Source: Podarcis cretensis (Eukaryota). Taken from it: DNA of 64,000 bases. Below, piece after piece: positions 12,001-24,000 of the stretch; position 1 is the first letter of the stretch; each line of letters starts with the position of its first letter. A program made the position numbers and the translations under genes. Location of the stretch: positions 85,746,001 through 85,810,000 of the forward strand of contig OX638149.1 of NCBI GenBank assembly GCA_951804945.1. Direction: 5' to 3'. The notes under the pieces were generated by a model that did no database searches, had not been told where the DNA came from, and saw only the letters and a list, made by a program, of their open reading frames with translations.

Positions 12001-15000
12001 TTTAGGTATAATTTAAAAAAGCAGACTGTAAAATTTGTGATACTACCATGCAAAAATGAAAAAAAAATAGTTGAGGTGGGGAGGCAAGGGATGGGGCCAC
12101 GGACCCCCTGGGGATCCCCGGACCCCTAACTGGGAACCACTGCTCTAGAGGCACTGATGAGGTACATCTGGATGAATTAGGAGGAGAGCACAGGTTAGGA
12201 AGGGCTGTGTGGCTGCTGGCTTAGGACAGGCTGGGTGATGCTGGGCTGTTGTTGTCCATACTGAGCCCCGGAGGCATCTGCTTGCAAGGCTGTTTCTCCT
12301 TTTCAGTTACTACACCCCGCCCCAACAGGAAACACTCTTGCTTCCTCCCACACCCACAGCCACTTGTGGTTTCCTCATAATATCTCCTGCTTTCATCCCC
12401 TCTCTGCTCCCTCCACTCCTGGCTCCCCTGCTGCCTTCCCCACAGCCTCTTGCCTCTGCCTCTCACCTGGGGATGGCGCACAAGTAGGTTGGGGAAGCAG
12501 GTTTAGCACCAAGGAGCTGTTTAGCCACAAGCTGACGTGGATCTTGATCCGTGTGCCCCTCCACTGTGTGTGGGGGGGGGGAGCAGAGTTGAGGCGGAAA
12601 CTGGTGCACAGCATGCTTGAGAAATCTTCTCCAGGTGTGGGGATTGCCACCCTCCAACTGCCCCTTTTCAGTTAGCTGAGGGAACCTGCGTCTCTGCAGG
12701 TTTTGTTGTTCTCCCAGCTCCCATCAGCCCCCCAGCCAGGGTGGCTAATGGTCAAGGATCATGGAGTTTGTAGTCAAGAACACCCAGAGGCAGACAGGCT
12801 ATCCACCCCCTGCTATATCAGGTACAGATGAGACTCATGCCTGCTTTGAATGTATATTGAAGGTTACTGAAGGGGCCACTTCACCCTGTATAAAATTTGC
12901 AAGGAATTTGCACACAGGCACGGTTCCGTGTAGCTTCAGTTATGCATCCAGAGGGAAGCTCTTCTCGGTTGCTTATTATGAGTGACATGTAGGTCTCCTT
13001 CATGTTCCTATGTGGAAGTGCCTTCAGTTTGGGGACTTCTCAAACATACAACTCAGACATGAGTTATGACTATGTGACGTAAGGCAAGCATGCACTAAAC
13101 AGTTATTTTTCTTTTTCTTTTTTAAAAGTGACCTTGCTCCCATGCATTTAACAGCAGCCTGACATGCAGAAATTAAGAATGTGAACCCTTCTGAACTTTG
13201 TGGGGCTTACTTTCTGAGTAGGCATGCATGGGATTGCACTGGGGATGGTGGGAGAAGCTTCTCCTGTATAAACCTACTGGGCATATTACAACTCCCAGGG
13301 ATATTGAACGTAGCTTATGAAACTGAAATGGTTATGCTTTCTTTCTTTTTTTTGCAAGATGAAAAGGTTGAGATGTGCCTTCTTAGAAATATCAAAATCC
13401 CAGCTTGTTTTCTAGAAGTTTTCTGTAAAAAATAAATTGGATGACTATACCTGCTAGTTTTGTATAAGGAGAGACTCTTTCTCTCTGACAGTGGTGTAGT
13501 GGGCAGAAATCACCAGGTGAAGATTTGTTTGGTTTGGTATGAAGATTCATGATGTTAAAAGCTTCAAACTTGTTGATTTCTTTCTCTTATGTTTGCTGTT
13601 AAAATCACAAAGCCCTTGTCCATAAAAAACAGGATTTGGTATTAATGGGCACTGGTATAGATGACTTTAAAAGCCAACTTAGATAAATTTGCATAGATCT
13701 TTGACTAGCTATCCACCATGATAGAAGAATGAAACCTCTATAATTGGAGTCCGTGTACTAAGTTTGGGGAATAGTTTTTGGACTACAGCTCCGATCATTC
13801 CCGATCGTTGCCCATGGTGGCTTAGTCTGATGGAAATTGTCCCACAATATACAGAGGGCGAGAGGTTCCCTACCCTAGCAATAAACCTGTATACATATAC
13901 AATGGATTTCTCTTCCCACCATTGCTGATTAGTCAGGGATGGACTGCAGGGCCCTGGCTTTCTAAGGGTGCTAATTCAGGTGGGACCAACTGGCTGGCTT
14001 TGAAAAAGGGAAGCAGGGGCACACCTGGTCGTTGCAGCTGACAGTTGTGTGTTTTTCTTAGGTTTCCTGCTGTTCCGAGACTTCTGCCTAAATCAGGTGG
14101 AGGAAGCCAAACCACTGGTGGAATTCTATGAAGAGGTGAGGCCCTGGTTGTGCGTTGAGGGTGGTGGGAGAAAATGCTCTATTTCCTTCCGTGCCGTCAA
14201 ACCACAATTTCCTTCCTTGGCCTGGCACACAGACTCCCCTCTGACATTGGTTTCCAAACTTGTCTTGAGCTGAGGAGTTGACTTTTCGAAGACCTGTTCA
14301 GAGGCCCCTTCAGGCCTTTTGACCCTCCTCTCAAAAAGCATATCTTGTTCACAGCAGCATGACTGGAAGCGGTCAGGGGGGAAGGACCCCGGGGAGGGGG
14401 GTGACAGAAGGCAAGGCTACTGCATCTCCCGATTCAGGTTGGAAAACAAATATATGGAATCCCTGCCTTGCCTCTTCAGGGCAGAGTGTGGTAGTTTCAT
14501 TTTGCCATGGGTGGGATGGGGTGCGGTGGGTATCTGGGGAACTTAGAAGCTTAAAAATGGGCAAAATATTTTATTAGAGAAGGCAAGAGCCAGAAAGTTT
14601 TGCTGTGCTTTATGCTTTTCTATAGTATTATCCCTTTTATGTGTATGGTTTATGTCGTTTGCCCTCTCATGATTTAAAATAAAACTAGATTTAAAGGAGA
14701 ACAATAATAATAAGGAGGAAAAGAAAAATGCTTGCTGTGAGATTTCAGCGCACTGCTCTCCCTGTATCTCAGAGGTCGCCCACAGGGTGCCCTCCAGATT
14801 TAGTTGGCCTCCATCTCCAATCCGCCTCAGCCAGCATGGCCAATGGGCGCAGAGATGATGGGAGTTGTAGTCCAGCAACTTCTGGCTACAGGTTCCCCAG
14901 CCCAGGTATAAGCTCAGCTTTTGTCTATGGCACATTTTGTCAGCTGCCACCCTGCCCCTGTGGAAAATGATTAAGGTGGCAAGAAGAGATTGCAAGCACT

Positions 15001-18000
15001 CTCTCCAAGCACAGCCATTATTTGAGTTCTTTGGGTTCAAAACATGGTCCACGTCGACCATGTGTCTGTCTATGCCTTCTGAAGGGCCTTACAGAGTCTG
15101 TAGTCGGTGGGTAGGTTGCTGAGCCTTGTTACCTCTCCCCTCACCCCATTCTTCATAGATCAAAAAGTATGAGAAGATGGACTCCGAAGAGGATCGAGCT
15201 ATTAAGAGCCGCCAGATCTTTGACACATACATCATGAAGGAACTGCTGTCCTGTTCTCACGTGAGTGGTCACATGAGAGAGTCTGAAAAAACCCCTTGGC
15301 AAGAAGCAGAATGTTTGCTTTGCAATCCCATTGATCAAGATCCTTTAAAAGATAATACTCCTCAGAATGGGAGGAGCCAGACACCCAGCATTGTCCATTG
15401 CCTCGCAGGCTGTGTACTCTCCCTGTCTCAATAAATGTCGCATACAACTCCCTTAAGAACTACCCACCCCAGCTCTTAATCTCCTTTTCACGACCTCACT
15501 TTCCTCTACCATGCATAGGAAATGGCTCTTTCCTGTTCTGGGATGACCTTCCCATTAATGAATTGTAGGCAGCCACTTAAGGCACCACCTTGTGCAATGC
15601 ACCAGCGCCTTTGCTTCTCCCGTTACAGTGGCAGCAAACAAACCATGGATTCTTCCACCATTAACCGTGGTTTCCCATTTTATCGGAACCAGGAGACCAT
15701 AGTTAACAGCTTCAGAACAAGCTAGAATATCAAGCCAATTTCAAAACATGGTTTTATATGGGGGGGAAGGAGATCACACTTCAGCCCAAGGGCCACATTC
15801 CCTTGTGGGTAGCCTTCCAAGGGCCATATGCCAGTTGGTGGGCAGGGCCAGAGGTAAAATGCGGGTAGACTAGATGGCCCTTGGGGGTCTCTTCCAATTC
15901 AATAGTTCTATTATTCTAGGTTGCTGGGGAACAATGGGTTTAGTGGGAGGTAGGGGCAGTGCATGTGAGCCTTGCAGCATAGCAGGAGGGAGGCCTTCAG
16001 GAAGTCCCAGGGGGACATGATGAGAGATGAAACAAAGAAGCCACAGAGTCACACTTACTGGTGTAAAGTGCTGGGCCAACTGTTGACAGTTCTTGAGGTA
16101 ACCTGACACTTTTCAAGTTGTGCGAAGAGCAGGCAAACACTGATGCCGCCAGTGCCACAAGTCAAAATGTGAAGAGGAGTGATTCAAAATGAGAACGAAA
16201 ATGTCCTTCATTAAGTGATGCTCGGAAACCAAGAAAGTTAACAAAACGTATAAATGGAACAATTTTATTCTGAATGGCCGACAGTCATAATTGTACCGTG
16301 TCAGTGGTTCCCACAGACGGCTTCAAAATTGCCGAGAGTCCTGGTGCAGCACTTTTTTTGGTCAATTGTAGCAACTGTCATGCCTTGTGCTAGATGCTGT
16401 ATGATTTTTTAATTGCACTTTTATTGCCGCTTTTATTTCTTGCTTTCTATTTTGCTCTAGCATTCCCTTAACATGATCAGATAAAGATGTGAAAGAATGG
16501 CAACAGGTTATTAATGAATTTATCTGACACAATAGAAAAATCCACAGCTGAGTGCTGTGGCAGCTTATAGACAGGGGTTCCGGCTGCCCTGTTTCAATTG
16601 CCTCCTCCCCCTCTCACGTCAGGATTTTCCTGCTCACCTTCATTCCCACGTTTTGACTGTCTTCTTCTCATTTTTGGCTGCTTCCTCTCCCTCTCTCTCT
16701 TGTCTTTCATGCTGCTAATCCTCTCTACTCCTTTCAAGTGCCTTCTCCTCCCTTCACTTATGCTCCTTCCCACTCACCTTTTGGTTGGACCACCAGTTCC
16801 TCAGAAGGATGGAGCAGCTGCTGAGCCCACCTTTCACAGCTGCCACGCCCGCCATTCTTTGGACTACCTGTTCAAAGCTTGCTGACCATGGTGGTCTACA
16901 GACTGCAGTTTGGGAACCTTTGCTCTGTGTGTTTACTGGTAGTTTGAATTGCTTGTTGTTGTTAAAACAGGGAAAAAACATTTTAAAAAAAACCTGATAG
17001 GTGAAAAGTGTTTGCCAAGCCCAAGAGCAACAGGCCTGTGCATCGGACAAAGGAGATAATTTATTCTGTTTTCCTGATGTTTCCGTTACTATTTTATTTC
17101 TGCATTGTATTTCTGCCTTCATGTGACGTAAACGAGCAAGTAACATGGAAATGAGTGCCGGAATTGTGCTATATTCCACTATATTTCTAGAAGCAGCTAG
17201 TTAGGGAAATGCTGGGAAAATGGAATACAGTGGTACCTTGGTTTACGAACTTAATCCGTTCCGGAAGTCCGTTCTTAAACCAAAGCGTTCTTAAACCAAG
17301 GCGTGCTTTCCCATAGCAGCGGGGGACTCAATTTACAAACGGAACACACTCAACAGGAAGCAAAACATGTTCTTATTCCAAGGCAAAGTTCACAAACCAA
17401 AACACCTACTTCCAGGTTTGCAGTGGTCTTAACCCAAGTCGTTCATAAACTAAGCTGTTCTTAAACCAAGGTACCACTGTAAACTGCTGTGTGAATGCAG
17501 CCAGTGCCTCTCTTTAACATGTCCAAGATTTGCCAGCCCTATTCCTGAACAAGCTTATAAGCCTTTCCCAAGCTTTGTGCCCCAGTCCTGTTGATTTCCT
17601 TGTCACCGGGCTTCTTCGGTGATCTCAGCATCGAGCTGGAAGTCAACCCAAGCTTTGTGCCCTGGGCAGGCACTGTATCTTGATGAAATGTCTCTTTGGA
17701 CAGCGATGCATCCAGACTCATTTCCTTTTTTCTTGTGTCCTCTCACAGCCCTTCTCCAAGACTGCCACAGAATATGTGCAGAGCCGTCTCAGCAAGAAGC
17801 AAGTGCCGCCTGACCTGTTCCAGGTAAATCCCTCCCCATCGACTAGACCCTTGGGCTCATCCAATCTTGAATCTCATTTACCCCAAGACTGGATGCACTT
17901 GCATCGGTAGACAGGGGCTGATGTAGCATGAACTGTGGCCCATTGCAACCAATTTCTTCCTAGCCTGTACAAGTGTCCCCACAGCAGGGGGGGAACCTCT

Positions 18001-21000
18001 TTTCCTATAACATTGCCAAACCCCAAGAAATGCAGGCTCCATTTCCTTACAGCACTTGCTGTTGAAGGATCTCATGGGGATTTCCACGTCACTGAGTCCC
18101 GCAGGGGCCATGCAGATGAGAATGGGGACCAGTGGGTGGAAAGCTTTAATGGATAGGTTTTTGGCATTCATTCCTCTCTGCCCACTCTTCTGCCAGCCAT
18201 ACATTGAGGAGATCTGTGAGTGTCTGCGTGGGACTATCTTTCAGAGGTTCATTGAGAGGTGAGTGCTGAGGACTATAGGCTGTCCACACGCAGAACCTAC
18301 AGCACCATGTTGCAGCGTGTTGTGCTCCTGTTTAAGGTGCCAGCCACACCTTTTCCAACACACTCCATTCCATTCCCCTTCCCCCTTGTGCATGGCGAAG
18401 CTTGAAAGAAGATGAGACAGTGCCTTTGAAGTTTGCAGATTTTCTTGGAAGTAAGCCCCTTTGAGCACTATGGAACTCCCTTCTGAGCAAAAATGCCTAG
18501 AATCAAGCGAAGCAGGAGTGAGTTCTGTAGATGGAAAGAAGGCTCACTTCTGAGTTAAGCCTGTGTAGGGTTGTCTTGAAGGCAGGATGGAAGTTATATG
18601 TATGTGAAGGTTCCCTGTATTTTCCCTTTCCCCTCCCTATACCCACTGCTTTCTTCCCATAAGACGGGTATAGGAGTCTCTGTTAAGGGGGCAGGGGGTG
18701 TTATTGGACTTGGAAGAGTTCTGGCACGGGGATTTGAGGACGGATCCTTTGAAAGTGGTTTGTGTTCCAGGGCCTGTGTGTTCTTTCTCTCATTTCTTCT
18801 CCCGTCTGTTCTGTTTCAGTGACAAGTTCACACGCTTCTCCCAGTGGAAGAATGTGGAGCTCAACATCCATGTGAGTGCCTGAGGAGGGAGGGCATTCCT
18901 GAGAGTTGCAGCGATAAAAAAAGAGCTGTCAAAAGACACGAAGCATGGACCTGCCTGCAGCCGCATTGTTGCAGAATGGCAAAGTGTATAGGGTTTGGAA
19001 AGTTGCTGGTCGTGTAGTTGGTGGGAGGTTGGTGGTGTGTGGGGGACTAATCCCTGCCTCAGGAAGTTCACCGATTTAGTAGCTTCAGGGAAAACCAGGA
19101 TTACGATTGTCTTCACTGGGTAAATGAGATGGGAGAATTTGAGGGTTTCTTGTCCGTCATGAGAGCTTGAGAAGCAAGCCCAGTTCTGGCTCCCCAATAA
19201 TCCGAGAGCAACTACCCCTAACATGGGATCCTCTGTACAATTCCCATCAGCCTCAGCCGGCACAGCCCCATCTGGAGAACCTCAGGCTGGGGAAAGCTTT
19301 CCTAGTGCTATCCACATGTGACACAAAATAACCTTGGATCATAATCTGAAAGCAGGATATGAGGAAAGGTCACTGTGGGTGAGAGGAGTGCCTGTGGAAG
19401 GCCATTCCTTTCTATGACGGGTAAACCCAGACCCCTGAAAGCTTAAAGGTGGTGCCAGCAACATGTTAACACTCTTGGTCTTGCTCTCATTTCCTCCCCC
19501 CTCCCTGTCATGTTTGTTCATGCTCTCTGCCTTGTGGGACCCAGCTGACCATGAATGACTTCAGCGTCCACCGGATCATCGGGCGTGGCGGCTTTGGCGA
19601 GGTCTACGGCTGCCGGAAAGCAGACACGGGCAAAATGTAACGTTGCAAGATTGGTTTGTCAAATTGTTATTCCAACAATTATCTGGGAGCCCAAGATTGG
19701 TTAAGGAGACAGAGGGGTTGCCATGTGGCCTTTGGCCATTGTCTTTTAGCCTAGCTTTGCTCCACATCATTGCTATGAAGCTATATGAAGTATCTGCACA
19801 TGGAAATGAAAAATGACATTATCCATCATTCTCTTTTGGCTTGTAATGGCCATGTTGGTACTGGAGAACCAGGATGGTACCCTCTGGTATCTCAGCTCCC
19901 AGCCAGCCCTGCTGCTCCCTGTAACCAGCATAAGTAGGCTTCTACTCACTGTCTGAGCCTCAAATGCAAACATATCTTCCCAAGGGCCTTTCCCCAACTT
20001 GCCTTTCTTTTCTGGGGTACCGATTGGTGCCTGCGCTAAACTCAGATTCTTCCAATGCACGTATGAAATGTTAGGAAACACAGTTTCTGCCTTCATGGAG
20101 TCAGTGTCTCAGATTTTATTCTTTATTTACTGAGGTTTTGAGGTAGCTAACAGCAAAATGGAGCAAAGCCATTGAGTGTCATCTTAAAACAATATAATGA
20201 AAACAGCAGCAGCAGTCATAGAGCAAAACGAGCACCCAGTCAAACAAGAGGGGAAGCAGATATCATTAAAAAGTGGGTCAGCTACAATAAGGACAGGTTT
20301 AACCCAGGTGTTTATTGCTTAGGGGGTGGCAGGTTCAGAGAATCATAGGGCTAGATCCAGAGTAAGTCAATTGCATTGAAGCCCCATTGACATAAATGTG
20401 AAAAAATTAGTCATGACTTAGGGCTCATCCAGACTTCGCTTGTCCCGCTGCTTTCACCTGGGAAAACCTGATCTTTAGTGCTGAATTGGAGCAAATGCCA
20501 AAAAACCTGGAGGAATCAGGTTTTCTATGGATTAATGTTTGCTCAAATTCAGCGCGAAAGAACCAAGTTTTCCCAGGCAAATGGAAAACTGCTCAAACCT
20601 GTGCTTTTTAGGCAGGGAAGTGTGGACAAGCCCTGGGTGAAGCCCCACTGATTCCAATGGGAACTGGGCTTGTCTGTCTTGTTCTGGATCTAGCCCATCA
20701 AATGTTAGTGTTGAAAAGAGGCCATCTCATCAAGGTCCCCAGCTCAACCCAAGAACCTTACAATGCAGAATCTACTAACTGGCATTCTTGGCAGTTCAGC
20801 CTTCGCTTCAATACCCCAAGTGCAGGAGAGTCCGTCCACCCCTGTCCCCCACAAAGGAAGGCTCTTCTCATATAGGGGGAGCACAGTGAACATTAGCAGA
20901 CATCCCAGGGACATCTGTGGTAAATCTCCTCTGTGGGAAACCAAAGAAGTGTTGGGGGGAGTTTAGTCATAGCAGGTGACTCAGGACTCAGATGGGGGTC

Positions 21001-24000
21001 GTGATGGGTGTAATTAAGGAAGTGCCAAGTGAAATGAGTTTGGTAGGTTTCCACAAAGGAGGCGCACAGGCTGTTCTGTGTGGAGGGATATCGGCAGGGG
21101 TGATTCCCTGGGAAGCAGCAAGACCTGGCGAGAGCAACACCGCAGGGTTGCAGCCTCTTCTTTCTCCTTTGGCAGGTACGCCATGAAATGTCTGGATAAG
21201 AAGCGCATTAAGATGAAGCAGGGGGAGACATTGGCCCTGAACGAGCGCATCATGCTCTCGCTTGTCAGCACCGGGGTGAGTCTGGCTACCTTGAGCAGTT
21301 GGGGTTTGGGAGGCAGAGAATAGGCGAGACCTGGAGTCTGCCCAGTCCAAGAGGGAGGGGGAAGAGATCTGTCAAGTGGGCAGATGCAAATGCTTGGGTT
21401 CCTGTATTGTGCTTGCAATCAAAGCTATGATAATGCTGGTATAGACATGGCAGGTGTTTTGAAGCACACACTGGTAATTAAAGGCAGGGGGGAGGGATGA
21501 CGGTGATGAAGTGTGCTGGAGGTGGCATTGAGCATGTGGCTGGGAGTGTGATGCCTGCAGTAAACTAGCAGCAGGGCTGGGATGTGTGTAGGCAGCGCAG
21601 CGAATTATTATGTGCATGGAAGGGGAGGGGAGGCAGTTCAATGTGTGCAACGGCAGGAGGAGGGCAGGAGGGGAAGAGAGAGGGGCAGGGTGGGGGCTCG
21701 GTGTGCAAGGGGCACAGGAGAAGACAGGGGAGACCACCGTAGGGGTTTGTGACAAGTTTCCATGGGTGGGGGAGGCGGGGCAAAGGAGCCGACAGGCGAC
21801 GTGACGGCTGTGTAGGAGTCGCTGCAAAACCCACAGCAGAAAATGGGGGGCGGGAGCGAGGGGTTAATGGAAGAGCTGGCAAAGGGAAGGAGGCAGTGGC
21901 GATGTGTGAGGCAAGAAGCCGAGGGCCTTGTGGAGCAATCCGTTCCCCCACTGTTATCAGATGCAAGCGTGCTCTTGTGTGTAGGGGAACTGTGGTAGGA
22001 AGCATGCATGTGCGAGGCATGATTCTGAGAGCGCAGAAGGGAAACGTGGAGCTTTCAGGAAGGCCTGTGGATTCCGGGTGTGAGCAGAACGTAGAGCAAG
22101 GGAACTCATTCACGCACATGTGCATGCAGACTTGGTGATTCATTTATGTATTTTTCCCCCCTCTCTTTTTTCCCTGCTGTGACTTGGTTCCTCGTGTCTC
22201 TGCCAGGATTGCCCCTTCATCGTGTGCATGTCGTATGCCTTCCAAACACCTGACAAGCTCAGCTTCATCCTGGACCTCATGAATGGTGAGAGCCAGAACC
22301 CAGCCTGTAGAGAGCCTCTGCCTCTCCTCCTCCCCTCCCCTCACATGCTTCTCGAAGGGATCCACACACAGAGGCATCCCTGCCTCACCACTGCTCCCCT
22401 CTGCCGATACTCAGGTTGTGTGCCTCACATGGCTGTCTGCTCCGTTTCCTGCAGGGGGTGACCTACATTACCACCTCTCCCAGCATGGGGTCTTCTCCGA
22501 GGCAGAGATGCGCTTCTACGCAGCAGAGATCATCCTGGGGCTGGAACATATGCACAACCGCTTCGTGGTGTATCGTGACCTCAAGGTGAGCACACGCCCC
22601 CCCCCCCGAATGCTGCATCGTTCAACATCCTATATCTAGATGTTTGTATGTCACCTGCCAGGGCTATGCAGCCCTTTCGAGGCAATGGGTGTCGTCAAAC
22701 AATTAATTAATTGCAGCATTTATTCCCTGCCTTCCCTCCAAGGAGCTCTAGGGGCTTACATGCTTCCTTCCCCCACCCTGATCCCCATTTTACCCTCACA
22801 GCAACCCTGTGAGGTAGGGGAGAGAGACAGACAGACAGACAGACAGGCCCAAGGTCACCCAGCAAACTTCATGGCTGTGTGGGTTGGGATTTGAACTCCC
22901 CCCCCCCCACCTGCTAACAACTATGCCAAGCCGAGCTACACCAGGTTAAGAGAATAAAATTCAAATACGTCTACAAACCTGGTTTTAAAATGGAGAGAGA
23001 AATACCTCACCATAGGCTTCTCTTTCCACAAAGAGAGGCAATTTCTGCCTTCAGCGTGGGGTCCCTTGGTGTTGCACCCGCACCCACCAAAAAGAGAGTT
23101 CTCTAGTGCACTCTGACTTCATGGCAGCTGCCTCTTACCCAGAGCCGTGCTTCCTCCTCCGCCGCCTTAGAAGCCAGGACTGTGCTGTGTGCCATGAGTC
23201 GTTCAGGGTGGCAGCATTCCTCACTGGGGAATATTGGGATCTCAAGTTCTAACATCTCTTTCAGAAAATGTGAGGCTTGAAAGTGTTTTTTATTTTACTG
23301 AGGGAGATTGTTGCCTTGATGGAAGTGCACTCCCACTCAAAATGCCTTGGGATTTGGTACTGTGGGTTATCAAAGCTACTTTTGACAACCCACTCGTCAC
23401 CGTTGCAGGTTGATCCAAAGCAGGGCAGGATCTTGCGAGGTTGCTTGTCTTTTCCGTATCATGACCTCACTATGCCGCTCTTCAAAATTAAGCATACCCG
23501 CTGCAGGAATTGCTCCCTCCGCTTCATCGGTGCTGCTGCAGAGGCCCAGGCCAAAGGATGAAGGAGGAGGGTTTATTCTCTCCCCTGCTTTCCCCAGCAA
23601 ATCCTCTCTTCCCCCTAGCTGCCATTCTTTGCTGCTCTTGTTCCCCCTGCAGCCAGCCAACATCTTGCTAGATGAGTTTGGCCATGTGCGTATCTCGGAT
23701 CTGGGGCTCGCCTGTGATTTCTCCAAGAAGAAGCCTCATGCCAGCGTGTGAGTATCAGACAGGAATCTAATCCTCGGCCAGCAGCTCCGTTCTCTGTATC
23801 TGGACCTAAAACTGCTCCCGTCCCAGGAATTGTGGGTCTTGATAAATGTCAGAACACCTTTCCCCCTTCTCCCCCAGCTGCAGGGTGAGCTACTGGAAGT
23901 TCCTCCACTGTTGCTTCCTCTAGCTTTCTATAGGTGTTAATTCCTGTATTATCTGGGGATCACAATATCACTTGTTCAACATCCACTCATTGGGACATTT

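Noticed and set aside
12154-12180. Other CTGATGA motifs (also 26716; minus strand near 35103, 42669, 45025, 46215) as hammerheads or C/D-box snoRNAs
   Set aside because: No stem II plus GAAA, and I saw no convincing box C/D pair with a terminal stem.
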